The notes: generated by a model not told the origin, from the letters alone. DNA of 64,000 bases from Octopus vulgaris (GCA_951406725.2 OX597821.1:57040001-57104000), one strand, 5' to 3'; shown: positions 1 through 11,545, numbered from the stretch's first letter. A program made the numbers and translations.

Positions 1-529
1 TTGGTCAGCTGAAAGCAGTTTTGGCACAAACTTGGTAGACATGTGTCTCATACTCAAGTCTCAGTGATAATGAACTGAACTGAACTGAACCATAACTAAT
101 CTTCACATCCTTTGATAACTTATGGATGAGGATTGAATGATTTCCCCTCACAGCTGCATGTACATCTGTGATATTTCTCTCTGTTCTGCTGGTTGTGGGT
201 CTCCCAAAACATTCATTGATATCAACATTTTCAGGCCATCTTGGAAACGTCTGAACCACTCATACACTTGCATGTGGCTCATACACTCCTCACCATAATT
301 TCTGCAACTTTGCATAGGCCTCTGAGCAGGTATCACTATGATAACATTCTCTGTCATGGACAATGCGATGATCACATGTTACACACGTTCCTTCCAAGCA
401 CTTCTGTAAACATCAGAAGTGAGCTAGAATCTTAAAAGTTAGTGCACGTGCACAGCAGAGTTCAAGGTCAATGGGTGCTTTAGCTTCGTTACTATGGCAA
501 CAGTCCAGATATTTATTGATCAGATCTTG
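1..529 (-). mobile_element. Mariner-family DNA transposon relic (5' TIR plus frameshifted transposase N-terminus)
   Basis: Overlapping minus ORFs give MSHMQVYEWFRRFQDG and GRPTTSRTERNITDVHAAVRG..KLSKDVKISYGSVQ, the mariner paired-type HTH region. A mariner-like TIR (revcomp CAAGATCTGATCAATAAATATCTGGACT) ends next to TA at 530-531. Confidence 0.85.
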
Positions 530-849
530 TATTGATACATTCGTAATGCATAACTTTGTTAAGCTAAACATAAAAAACAACTACTAACAAGAATGTGTTG
601 GTGTATTTATATTGTGAGGGTTAGGCGGATACCTTCAACCATCCAACATCTCCATTTCCTTTTCCTGCCTAACTGGAAACCCCTTTCTTTGCTGACCAAC
701 ACACCAGCTAGCCCACAATTCATCTACTGTCCTTGGGCAGTGTCCTACATATAGCTCCCTGCCAAAACTGTTGACTGTCATTGGAACTGGGAGGGTGTTT
801 TAACCACCCTGCCTGTGTGTGTGTGGTTACTCGGCACTTTGGCGACTGT

Positions 850-1025
850 TTGTAGTCTGGGGCTAGTGTGATTTGCCTAGGTCAGCCTTTGTTTGGTGTT
901 TGAGCCACTTGAATAGGGTTGTCAATATGGAGATGCGCCAGTTTCAATCTATTGGTGGAAACCCTGTCGTGTTGTCTGGCAATCAGGAAGTACTTTTTTC
1001 TGCTGACCGGTACTCTAGCTAGCCT
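850..1025 (-). mobile_element. Gypsy/Ty3 LTR retrotransposon relic (integrase C-terminal region)
   Basis: Manual minus-strand translation RVPVSRKKYFLIARQHDRVSTNRLKLAHLHIDNPIQVAQTPNKG*P resembles the VSxDRLKPAH..PxRGRP motif at the end of Gypsy Pol. Confidence 0.55.
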
Positions 1026-1059
1026 GCAGTGAAGTTCTTGTCTACAGTTCATCTACAGT

Positions 1060-2122
1060 TCGATACTTGGAATGACCAATTTTAAATACTGTTGGATTTT
1101 ACTCATAAAGTATTTGAATCTTACATGTATACCATTCTGCCTAAAAAAATGGATCTACAAATTCAATACCCCTACATATCTCACATCTATTTCCTTTCCT
1201 CCACCTCACTCTCTATTTTGTATCATATCTAAATTAACTATTACTTAACTATTCTCTCACACCGTCTCCAATGAAGGGATATAGAAAATATCCTGGAAAC
1301 AGCTGTAAGACCTTCTATCTATAAATGTTCTAAAATCTACTCAGCCTTGGTTTTTTTATTTCATTATGAAAAAAATTGTTATATATATATATATGCATAT
1401 ACAAATTATTTGTGATCAGAGTTGTTCGAAAACCGAGGTACTATTGTATTTGCAAAACTGTAACAATTTTCCAGTACAATTTTTGAATAATTTAAAAAAA
1501 GAAACTGAAATAAAATAGCATTTCTGAAAAATAGCATTCCAGTATTTAACAGACACTTTATTTTATCACCAGTGGAAAGATAAAAGGGAAAGTTCACCTG
1601 GGAATGTAAAGCACCGAAATAAATACCTCAAGGCATTTTCTGTATTGCTTTAACGACTCAACTAATCCCATCTCTTAGTTTTTTTTAATTTACCAACTAA
1701 GTAAAGTATTTGGTACTGGTGAAACCCAAGGGAGGTTATAGCAAATATTTGTAGGAGCAGTTATTTCCCTTTAATACAAAATAATAAATGAATTTTTTTT
1801 AAGTGGAGAGAGAGAAAGAATCATTACGTCAATATTGATGTAATGATTCTCCCTAGACATAACAAAATTTGTTTCAACACATGAATTCACATAAAGAATC
1901 TTACAAACCAGATACAAAAGCGCAATAAGTGGATAAAACGTGGAAATAGTCAATTTTTAAATGCCATCATCAGGCGTGACTGTGTGGAGGCACATGCGTG
2001 GTTGTGTGGTACGAAGCTTGCTTCCCAGCCACATGGTTCCAGGTTCAGTTCCACTGTGTGGCACCTTAATCAAGTGTCTTCTACTCTAGCCTCAGGCTGA
2101 CTGAAGCCTTGTGAGTGGATGT
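1060..2122 (+). repeat. About 1.06 kb segmental duplication, copy 1 (copy 2 at 7483-8564)
   Basis: Collinear high-identity match from TCGATACTTGGAATGACC to CTGAAGCCTTGTGAGT. It covers a hammerhead-bearing arm, unique DNA and a SINE head. Confidence 0.95.
1264..1311 (+). ncRNA. Minimal hammerhead ribozyme motif, family A, probably inactive (G5 mutated)
   Basis: GTCT-CCAATGA-agggatat/atatcctg-GAAA-cagctg-TA-AGAC; same as the 7668-7715 copy but with core G5 changed to A. Confidence 0.6.
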
Positions 2123-2392
2123 GGTAGACAGAAACTGAAAGAAGCCTGTCGTGTGTGTGTGTATGTGTGTGTGTGTTTGTTTGTATTCTCGCCATTGCTT
2201 GACAACCAGCGTTGGTGTGTTTATGTCCCTGTAACTTAGCAGTTCAGCAAATAGGACCGATAGAATAAGTACTAGGCTTATAAAGAATATGTCCTGGGGT
2301 CGATTTGTTCGACTAAAACCTCTTAAGGAGGTGCTCCAGCATGGCCGCAGTTAAATGACTGAAACAAGTAGAAGAATAGGAAAATAAAAGAA
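1988..2392 (+). mobile_element. tRNA-derived SINE (family 1, internal TG microsatellite)
   Basis: A/B-box-like head (GTGGTTGTGTGGTA..GGTTCAGTTCC), conserved body and tail GGCCGCAGTTAAATGACTGAAACAAG shared with about 20 copies in the window. Confidence 0.9.
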
Positions 2393-2814
2393 TGTTTTTT
2401 TTTTCATTTGCCTCAGTCACTAGACAACTGCCAAGCTGGAGCACCGCCTTTAAGGGTTTTGTTCAACAAATCAGCCTCTGTATTGTATTTTAAAGTCTGA
2501 TACTTATTCTATTGGTGTCGTTTGCTGAACCACTAAGTTACAGAAGCGTAAACAAGCCAGCAGTGATTGTTAGATGGTGGGGTGGGGGTAGGGGGCGGAA
2601 ACACACATACACACGTATGGCGTTGGTCAGTAGGGGCTTTAGTTGAAGACTTTTGCCCGAGATGCTGTACAGAGGGACTGAAACCAATTATTATTCTTTA
2701 ATGAAGAGTCTGAAATTTTCTGTATTTTTTTCAAAAAAAGGATGAACCATTGTTGCATAAATTTACTTATTTTTGATTTATTGTTTATGCTGTTTTTGTT
2801 GATTTCTGATTTGC

Positions 2815-3072
2815 TTGTGGAGACCTATTGAGTCAAGTACATCAACATCAACATCAAATGGAAATTGTAGTTGTGATTCCCGTGCCAGTGGCACATAAAA
2901 AGCACCCATTACACTCACGGAGTGGTTGGCATTAGGAAGGGCATCCAGCTATAGAAACACTGCCAGATCAGACTGGAGTTTGGTGCGGCCTCCTGGCTTC
3001 CAAGACTCCGGTTGAACCGTCCAACCTATGCCAGCATGGAAAACGGACGTTAAATGATGATGATGATGAAGA
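2815..3072 (+). mobile_element. RTE LINE 3' tail / RTE-dependent repeat ending in (GAT)n
   Basis: GGAGTGGTTGGCATTAGGAAGGGCATCCAGC...CGGACGTTAAATGATGATGAT; the same tail follows the RTE ORF end at 34640-35478. Confidence 0.8.
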
Positions 3073-3127
3073 TGATTCTTGTATTTCTTATAAACAAAAC
3101 AAAAAAATGTATACAGATAGGTAGTCT

Positions 3128-4341
3128 TTAACCCTTTAGCATTTAAACCAGCCATATCCGGCCCAAATATTTTATCTGTTTTGTATTCAAAAAAGCCAGA
3201 TCCAACCTTTCATTCTTACCCTGTAATGCTTTTCTTAACCCTAACCCTAACCCTTACCCTGTAATGCTTTTCTTGAAGGATGAAGATGAAGTACTGAAAG
3301 GCGACTTTGGAACATTGAACCTTTCAAACAAGATGACTAAGGACTGAAATACCTGGGGTCAATTTCTTCAACTAAAACCCTTTAAGGCGGTGCTCCAGCA
3401 TGGCTACAGTTAAATAACTGGAACAAGTAAAAGAATAAAAGAATGTTACGTTTCATTTGTCTCAGTCACTGGACAGCTGCCATTCTGAAGCACCACCTTT
3501 AAGGGTTTCATTAAACAAATCAGCCTCTCTATTTATTTTTTAAAGTCTAGTACTTATTCTAGTAGTGGAGGTACAAGGCCTAGTGGTTACAGAAGCTGAC
3601 TCACAGTTGAGGAATTGTGGGTTCGAATCTGAGACCAGGTAATGTGTGTGTTAACGAGCAAAACACCTAAGCTCCATGCAGCTCCAGCAGAAGGTAATGG
3701 CAAATTTCTGCTGACTCTTTTGCCACAACTTTCTCTCACTCTTTCCTCTTGCATCTAGAAGCTCACCTGCGACTGACTGGCATCCCATCCGGGTGGGGAA
3801 CCTATGTGCCAATGAAACTGGGAAACCAGCCCTTATGAGCCAGGCATGGCTCGAGAAGAAACAAATGACAACAACAATACTTATTCTATTGGTGTTGTTA
3901 GCTGAACCGCTACGTTACCCATCCTCCACAGCAGAAGTGTTAAGGCTGTATACCCTGGCGAAGATGATTGACATGCAAGAATCCTGTGCTGGTGCCCCAT
4001 AAACAGCACTTGTGCCAGTGTCACATAGAAGTGCTGGAGCTGGTGCCATGTATAAAGCACCCAGCACACAGAGTAACTGGTTGGCGTTAGGCAAAGCATC
4101 CAGCCATAGAAACCAAGCCAAATCAGACAGGAGCCTGGTGCAGCTTGCCAGCCCTGGTCAAACCATCCGACCCATGCTGGCATGGAAATTGGATGTTAAA
4201 GGATGGTGATGATGGTGATGATAACGATGATTATGACGTCATCGCAATCCTGAAGCTATGAGATAATACATGATTAATTCAAAACATTGTAAATAAATAA
4301 ATATCACATTTGACAGAAGAATCTGAATGCTAAAGGGTTAA
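3128..4341. mobile_element. TTAA-flanked piggyBac-like MITE (CCCTTTAGCATT TIR) split by nested SINE insertions
   Basis: TTAACCCTTTAGCATTT at 3128 and AATGCTAAAGGGTTAA ending 4341; an uninterrupted copy of about 220 bp is at 36959-37182. Confidence 0.75.
3562..3877 (+). mobile_element. tRNA-derived SINE (different family) with 11-bp TSD
   Basis: Head GGCCTAGTGGTTA..GGGTTCGAATC and (CAA)n tail; TSD TACTTATTCTA at 3551-3561 and 3878-3888. Confidence 0.85.
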
Positions 4342-4589
4342 GTTGAAAGTCTGCTAAGATGCAGAAATCTGATTGCTTGTCTCTGTGTGTGTGTGTATGC
4401 ATGCATGTATGTGTGTGAGTGTATTTGTGTACATGTGTGTGTGTGCACAGAGACACATATATATATACACACTCACATATTTATGTGTGTGTGTGTGTAT
4501 GCATGCATGGCTGTGTGGTTAAGAATCTTGCCTCTCAACCATGTGCTTTTGGGTTTCAATCCCACTGCATGGCACTTTGGTTGAGTGCC

Positions 4590-4889
4590 CTAGGCCAGTT
4601 CCCAAAGTGGGTGGTACTGCTCCCACAGGGGACAGTGGAAAGATCCAGGGGGTATCACTGAAGAAAAGTTGGGCAATAACGGGATGCTCAAAATGGGGTG
4701 ATGGATGTAAAAACTACAAAATAACATGTTAATTAAGTTTTACTTGTGAAATACAATTATTTTGAATTTGATACAAAAAAGTATCAGTGTTTGTAGTGGT
4801 GGTGGTGGTGGTGAGTCGGGTGTGCTAGGAATGCAGCCCGGGTGCCAAGAGAAGTGGCAGCCTGAAAAAGTTTGGGAACCACTGCCCTA
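4590..4889. mobile_element. hAT/Charlie-like MITE
   Basis: Inverted ends CTAGGCCAGTTCCCAAAG ... TTTGGGAACCACTGCCCTA, of the CAGTGGTTCCCAAA type. Confidence 0.6.
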
Positions 4890-4955
4890 AGCTATCCAAT
4901 GCCTTGTGAGTGGATTTAGTAAACAGAAAGTTTAAAAAGCCTTATGTGTGTTTGT

Positions 4956-4994
<39 letters not shown>

Positions 4995-5035
4995 CGTGTG
5001 TGTGTGAGCGTATGTGTGTGTGACCGTGTGTGTGT

Positions 5036-5812
5036 GATATCACCTGATCCAACAACTTGATACCTCTGTAATTATTTGTATCTAAAGTGTCACCTTTACC
5101 TTTGTAGCAGTTGACTATGGTGCTACTACACCAGTCATTGTGTATGACTCCTTTGTGTATCACTTGGTCAACTATATGAGTGACTAGGCTAAACCAATAC
5201 CGCCAGATATTTTGAGCATCTCTGCAGTGATTCCTGATTAACCGAAGGCTTTCCCTATCTTCATACTCTTAATTGCTTTATCTACCAAGGTATTGTCAAT
5301 TCAGATAGCTGATCCCTCTGTTGGGTCGACATTCAGCAGACTCCATTTCTCCCACTCGTTCTCTTTATTCCGCAACTTTTCATAGTGGTGTCTCCAAACT
5401 TCTCTCTTTGCAGCCTCACATTTCTCTCCAACGACATCACAATTCTCTCTCACACAATGTCTTGCAACATGAAATACCTCAAGTCTTTGGTCTCCATGGT
5501 GCAGAACATTGGCAAATTTTTTCTTATCTGCTTCCCTTCTGGCTAAATAAACCTGTCTCCTAGCTTCCCTTCTGGCAGTCTGATACAATTCCTTGCTACC
5601 ACCATTCTTCCAGTCCTTCCAAGCCTGTTTCTTTTCTCTAATAGCCCCATCAATATTATTGTTCCACCACCACATTATTTTTGGTGGAGTGGGGACTTTG
5701 CACCATCCACGGATCAGGTAAGTGGCCCTCAGCGGGTTGTCCCATAGAAACCTCCAGTTGACTTCCACATCATGTGAATCTATACCCCCTTCTATTTCAC
5801 TAAAGGCTTTGA
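5036..5812 (-). mobile_element. RTE-clade LINE fragment (inter-domain region to RT start), disrupted
   Basis: WWWNNNIDGAIREKKQAWKDWKNGGSKELYQTARREARRQV and STIVNCYKGKGDTLDTNNYRGIKLLDQV are typical RTE ORF motifs. Confidence 0.9.
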
Positions 5813-6218
5813 GATATTTAATTAACTATATATAATATGTAGTAGGTTGAAAAGGAACACACGAGTTGATATGTATAGAAAAAATAAGACCATGTAGAAA
5901 ATGCTAAAATAATTTTATCATGAAAAACATTTTAGTACCGGTTCCAGCCTTTGCAACTTTTTCAACTTAGAGTAAAGTGTGAAAAACAATTAAATTGTGG
6001 AAAAATTAAATGAAGTGCTTTTTTAAAATATTTCCATAGTTTTCAAATGCAAGGGACATTTTCCTTTTTTTCTGTCTGTCTGTCTCTCTTTTTTACTCCT
6101 GAGTTACACAAGCGTAAAAAAGAGAGACAGAGACAGACAGAAAAAAGGAAAATGACCCTTGCATTTGAAAACTATGGAAATATTTTAAAAAACCATTTCA
6201 TTTAATTTTTCCATAATA

Positions 6219-6640
6219 GGCGCAGGAGTGGCTGTATGGTAAGTAGCTTGCTAACCAACCACATGGTTCCGGGTTCAGTCCCACTGCGTGGCATCTTGGG
6301 CAAGTGTCTTCTGCTATAGCCCCGGGCCAACCAATGCCTTGTGAGTGGATTTGGTAGACAGAAACTGAAAGAAGCCTGTCGTATATATGTGTATATATAT
6401 ATATATGTATGTGTGTGTATGTTTGTGTGTCTGTGTTTGTCCCCCTAGCATTGCTTGATTACCGATGCTGGTGTGCTTACATCCCCGTCACTTTGCGGTT
6501 CGGCAAAAGAGACCAATAGAATAAGTACTGGGCTTACAAAAAATAAGTCCCGGGGTCGATTTTCTCGACTAAAGGCGGTGCTCCAGCATGGCCACAGTCA
6601 AATGACTGAAACAAGTAAAAGAGTAAAAGAGTAAAGAGTG
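6219..6640 (+). mobile_element. tRNA-derived SINE family 1, near full-length young copy
   Basis: GGCGCAGGAGTGGCTGTATGGTAAG..GGTTCAGTCCC head, internal (TA/TG)n and (GAGTAAAA)n tail. Confidence 0.95.
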
Positions 6641-6669
6641 AATTTAATTGTTTTTCATGCTTTACTATA

Positions 6670-6702
6670 AGTTGAAAAAGTCGCAAAGACTGAAACCAGT
6701 AC
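6670..6702 (+). ncRNA. Minimal hammerhead ribozyme motif, family D, U3-A8 core variant
   Basis: AG-TTGAAAA-agtc gcaaa gact-GAAA-ccag-TA-C; the partner arm gives palindromic stem III ACCGGT and stem I AG/CT. Confidence 0.65.
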
Positions 6703-6762
6703 ATTTAACATTTTCTACCTGGTGTTATTTTCCTTATGTATATATATATATATATATATATA

Positions 6763-7015
6763 GGTGGCACGTAAAAAGCACCCACTACACTCACGGAGTG
6801 GTTGGCGTTAGGAAGGGCATCCAGCTGTAGAAACACTGCCAGATAAGACTGGAGCCTGGTGCAGCCTTCTGGCTTTCCAGATCCCCGGTCGAACCGTCCA
6901 ACCCATGCTAGCATGGAGAACGGACGTTAAACGATGATGATGATGATGATGATGATATATACCCATGCTAGCATGGAACGCGGACATAAAATTATGATGA
7001 TGATGATGATGATGA
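6763..7015 (+). mobile_element. RTE-type tail with duplicated 3' end and (GAT)n
   Basis: Conserved tail sequence; ACCCATGCTAGCATGG..(GAT)n occurs at both 6901 and 6961. Confidence 0.85.
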
Positions 7016-7020
7016 TATAT

Positions 7021-7148
7021 AGGTTAGGAGAGGTAATGGTGTCATTGAGACCCAAAGGTGTCAGGTAATGCTGAATAAATGCTATAGATAGACCATAGTT
7101 AAGTTCCAAGTTCGGTGATTTGCGAATAAGGCGTTCAATGTTGATCAT
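7021..7148 (-). pseudogene. Possible Penelope-like GIY-YIG endonuclease C-terminal relic
   Basis: Minus ORF ends IAFIQHYLTPLGLND, resembling the WI..L.TL.P.GLN C-terminal motif of PLE GIY-YIG domains; adjacent to a hammerhead foldback. Confidence 0.45.
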
Positions 7149-7235
7149 ATGTCAGCGTGTGTATATACCAATTTTTTTTCGTAATGAGATAAAAAACGAA
7201 GGCTAAGTAGATTTTAGAACATTTATAGATAGAAG

Positions 7236-7283
7236 GTCTTACAGCTGTTTCCAGGATATTTATTATATCCCTTCATCGGAGAC
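7236..7283 (-). ncRNA. Minimal hammerhead ribozyme motif, family A
   Basis: Exact reverse complement of 7668-7715. Confidence 0.75.
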
Positions 7284-7482
7284 GGTGATAGAGAGTAGTT
7301 AAGTAATAGTTAATTTAGATAGGATACAAAATAGAGAGTGAGGTGGAGGAAAGAAAATAGATGTGAGATATGTAGGGGTATTGAATTTGTAGATCCATTT
7401 TTTTAGGCAGAATGGTATACATGTAAGATTCAAATACTTTATGAGTAAAATCCAACAGTATTTAAAATTGGTCATTCCATGA

Positions 7483-8564
7483 CTCGATACTTGGAATGAC
7501 CAATTTTAAATACTGTTGGATTTTACTCATAAAGTATACTATTCTGCCTAAAAAACGGATCTACAAATTCAATACCCCTACACATCTATTTTCTTTCCTC
7601 CACTCCACCGCACTCTCTGTTTAGTGTCATATCTAAATTAACTATCACATAACTATTCTCTATCACCGTCTCCGATGAAGGGATATAATAAATATCCTGG
7701 AAACAGCTGTAAGACCTTCTATCTATAAATGTTCTAAAGTCTACTCAGCCTTGGTTTTTTTATCTCATCATGAAAAAGAAATTGTTATGTATATATTGTT
7801 ATATATAAATTGTTATATATATATATATATATGCATAAAGCACCAGAGTTGTTCGAAAACCGAGGTACTACTGTACTTGCAAAACTGTAACAATTTTCCA
7901 GTAAAACTTTTGAATAATTTTAAAAAAGAAACTGAAATAAAATAGCATTCTGAAAAATAGCATTCCAGTATTTAACAGACACTTTATTTTATCACCAGCG
8001 GAAAGATGAAAGGGAAAGTTCACCTGGGCGGGTTCTTAACCTGGGAATGTAAAGCACCGGAATAAATACCTCAAGGCATTTTCTGTATTGCTTTAATGAC
8101 TATACTAAACCCATCTCTTAGATTTTTTTTAATGTACAAACTAAATAAAGTATTTGGTACTGGTAAAATCCAAGGGAGGTTATAGCAAATATTTGTAGGA
8201 GCAGTTATTTCCCTTTAATACAAAATGATAAATGAATTTTGTTGAGAGGAGAGAGAGAAAGAATCATTATGTCAATATTGATGTAATGATTCTCCCTAGA
8301 CATAACAAAATTTGTTTCAACACATGAATTCACATAAAGAATCTTGCAAACCAGATACAAAAACGTAATAAGTGGATAAAACGTCAAAATGGTCAATTTT
8401 TAAATGCCATCATCAGGTGTGATTGTGTGGAGGCACATGCGTGGTTGTGTGGTACGAAGCTTGTTTCCCAGCCACATGGTTCCAGGTTCAGTTCCACTGT
8501 GTGGCACCTTGGACAAGTGTCTTCTACTCTAGCCTCAGGCTGACTGAAGCCTTGTGAGTAGATG
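7483..8564 (+). repeat. Segmental duplication copy 2 (of 1060-2122)
   Basis: Collinear identity; ORFs 1771-1953 and 8205-8396 are near-identical translations of the two copies. Confidence 0.95.
7668..7715 (+). ncRNA. Minimal hammerhead ribozyme motif, family A (U4C core variant, GUA site)
   Basis: Stem I GTCT/AGAC, core CCGATGA, stem II GGGATAT/ATATCCT, GAAA, palindromic stem III ACAGCTGT, cleavage triplet GTA. Confidence 0.75.
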
Positions 8565-8844
8565 TGTTTGTATGAGCATGTGTGTGTGAGCATGTGTGTG
8601 TGTGTATGTGTGTGTGAGATGGTGCTAAAGAAGTATCACAGTTATACAAAGAATATCATTCATCTCCAGCTGTCTATGGGAAAACATGACCGTAAGAATA
8701 TATTACATTGCTTAGAAGCAGGTAAAGGCTTGTGACAAAAAGAGCACAGAGTTGTAGATAATCTACTTCAACAAATTCTGTCTGACCCATGCAAGCAAGG
8801 AAAAAGTACACGGGATAATTAATAAGGACCTCTCCTTCAGAGCG

Positions 8845-9500
8845 GAAGGCAGACTGTATGATGCCAGTGTGCAGACAGCCAAACTACATGACAGTGAAAC
8901 AGAGGACATGTGAAGGCTTGAAAGATATCACTGGATGTGCAATATGAGTGTGAATGTACAACAGAGTGCAAGCACCTTGAGAGATAAACTGGGCATAAGA
9001 AGTATCAGGTTTAGTGTGCAAGGGAGATGACTGCGTTGGTATGGTCATGGGATGTATGTAGATGAGGACAGGTGTGTAAAGAAGTGCTGTAGAGGGAACC
9101 TGTGGAAGAGGTAGACCCAGGAAGAAATGAGATGCGGTGGTGAAGCATGATCTTTGAATATAGGGTCTCATGGAGGTGATGACAAGTGATCGAGACCTTT
9201 GGTGATTTGCTGTGCTTGAGAAGACTCGTGAAGCCAAGTGAGATTGTAGTCATGGTCGGTGCTGGGGACACAGAAAAGGTGCTTGTGTCACTGGCATGTA
9301 CAAGGCACCCAAGTTGGTGACATGTAAAAGCCACCAGTGCAGATGACTTGGGCAAGGCACCCAGTACACTCTTGGAGTGGTTGGTGTTAGGAAGGTATCC
9401 AGCCATAGGAACCAAATCCGATTAGAACCAAGAACAGCTCTCCGTCTTACCAGTTTCAGTTGAACCATCTAAGCCATGCCAGAAAATGATGATAATGATG
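8845..9500 (+). mobile_element. RTE LINE 3' fragment with tail, decayed
   Basis: Nucleotide similarity to 34640-35478 (GGCAGACTGTATGATGCC..GGAACCTGTGGAAGAGGTAGACCCAGGAAG..GCTGTGCTTGAGAAGAC). Confidence 0.85.
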
Positions 9501-9544
9501 AGGAGGAGCAGGAGGTGGAGGAGGAGGAGGAGCAAGAGGAGGAT

Positions 9545-9733
9545 ATTTATATATCCACATACATTTAGTATATATTGTACACAATGCCATTTGTATGTCT
9601 GTGTGAATATGTTTGTGTGGGTTTATCTAGATATATGTATGACTGCATATATGTATATATGTGTATATATGTGTGCATGGGTGCATACATATACATATAT
9701 ATATACATATGTATATATATACATATATATATA

Positions 9734-9795
<62 letters not shown>

Positions 9796-9846
9796 CATAC
9801 ACATATATATATATGTATGCATATTTATATGTATATGTGTATATAG

Positions 9847-9877
<31 letters not shown>

Positions 9878-9925
9878 TACGCAAACATATATACACACAC
9901 ACATGCACACACATACATATTTATT
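9545..9925. repeat. Compound (TA)n/(TG)n microsatellite
   Basis: Seen directly; source of several spurious ORFs. Confidence 0.95.
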
Positions 9926-9929
9926 ATCT

Positions 9930-10262
9930 TTTACATGGTTTAGTCATATGACAATGGCCATGCTGAGGGATTTTGGTCTGTTGTTCTCTTTTGCAAAACT
10001 GCTAAGTTACAGGGTTGTAAACACACCAACACCAGTTCTCAAATAGTGGATGAAAACAAACACAGACACAAAAACACACACATATAGATACATACATATA
10101 TACGACGAGTTGCGTCCAGTTTCCATCAGCCAAATCCACTCACAAAGCATTGGTCAATCGAAGGCTATTAGAAGACCCTTGACCAAGGTCCCATACAGTG
10201 GAGCTGAATCCGGATCTATGTGTTTGGGAAGCAAGCTTCTTATCACATAGTCATGCCCGCAC
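9930..10262 (-). mobile_element. SINE family 1, diverged
   Basis: Reverse complement of the family 1 tail, body and head. Confidence 0.8.
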
Positions 10263-10269
10263 TTATATA

Positions 10270-10313
<44 letters not shown>

Positions 10314-10469
10314 CACACACATTTTATATATACAAATCGTCCAACCCATGCTAGCATGGAAAGCATACGTTAAACAATGATGATGATGATATATATACAT
10401 ACATACGTATATACATACATACGTACAGACAGACATATGTGTATGTATGTATGTATGTATGTATGTATA

Positions 10470-11262
10470 TACACCTTGTTGTGTCTGGGGAGAGTCATTC
10501 TCTTTTAGTGCCTTATTATTTAATACATTCACCGGTAAAGTTTCCACTCATTTACTTATTTATTTTCCCTAAAATTTTCATTGCACCTTGCAACCTTTTC
10601 AATGGTCATTGACTCTGTCCGTTATCTGAGCTGCATTCTTTTTGTTTGTGCACATGTGTGAGGGTCAGTGTGTGTGCACATACACATGTATGTAGTTATG
10701 TATGAATGTATATTTGTATGTATGTATGTATGCATGTACGTGTGTGCATGCATGAATACATACATGCATGTATGTAGGAATGTATGCATATATGTATGTA
10801 TGCATGAATGTAAGTGTGTGTATGCATGTATGGGTGTGTGCGTGTGTGTGCACATGTATATATGTATACATATTTGTACGTTTGTATGTATGAATATGCA
10901 GAATGCAGTATACATGCATACATACAAATGTACACACATACACACATATATACATTCGCAGTCACACACACACACATAGATGCATACACATACTTACATG
11001 CATACATACATATATACATACATACATGTGTATGTGCACACACACTCATCCACACACATGCACACAAACAAACAAAATAAACGCAAGCTCTGATAACAGA
11101 CAGAGTCACTGACTATTGAAAAGGTTGCAAGATGCCAGGGAAATTTTAAGAAAAATAAATAAGTAAATGAGTGAAAACTTTACCAGTGAGTGTGTTAAAT
11201 AATAAGGTACTAAAAGACAATTACTCTCCCCAGACACAACAAAATATGCTTCAACACACGAA
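10470..11262. mobile_element. Foldback element family E with microsatellite-filled centre
   Basis: 10476-10660 is the reverse complement of 11060-11243; the centre has (TGTA)-rich then (TACA)-rich halves. Hammerhead-like motifs at 10569-10605 (-) and 11113-11149 (+). Confidence 0.85.
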
Positions 11263-11269
11263 CTCATTT

Positions 11270-11545
11270 TTTTCCATCCTTGTTTTCGTATACATTCACG
11301 GCTTTCTTCCAAGGAATCTAATGCTCTTAGCTTAGTTTTTCCTTGGGACTGGCCAGATTGGGGCAATCTTGAGTTCAACCAGCCAAAATTGCAAAGGTAA
11401 TCTGGAATTTGATTGAGGAAAGAAAACTCCAAATGACCTGTCCTTGTTTTCTTTGTATCGTCTATCTGGATGTTTTGTTGTCCCCCTTTTTTGAATCACC
11501 TAACTGTCTGAATATTTTGCGTTCTTGCCCCATTTTGTATTATAT
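11270..11545 (+). mobile_element. Unclassified repeat ending in (AT)n; second, longer copy at 15440-16190
   Basis: Shares GGCCAGATTGG..CAATCT..AACCAGCCAAAATTGCAAAG..GAGGAAAGAAAACTC with 15925-16190. Confidence 0.7.

Larger units (their letters stand above)
5870..6742. mobile_element. Foldback element family D (head-to-head arms, hammerhead in each arm), interrupted by a SINE at 6219-6640
   Basis: 5870-6097 is the reverse complement of 6114-6217 plus 6641-6742; hammerhead motifs at 5934-5967 (-) and 6670-6702 (+). Confidence 0.8.
7162..7790. mobile_element. Foldback element family A (arms of about 310 bp, 12-nt loop), Penelope-like pLTR dimer
   Basis: 7162-7479 is the reverse complement of 7492-7790; hammerhead motif in both arms; outer ends abut TA-rich repeats. 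Confidence 0.9.

Noticed and set aside
3236-3260. Telomeric CCCTAA repeats
   Set aside because: Only about three units inside a MITE-associated micro-duplication; not a telomere.
9486-11112. Many overlapping ORFs rich in Y/I/C/V/H/T
   Set aside because: Translations of TA/TG/CA microsatellites; no coding signal.
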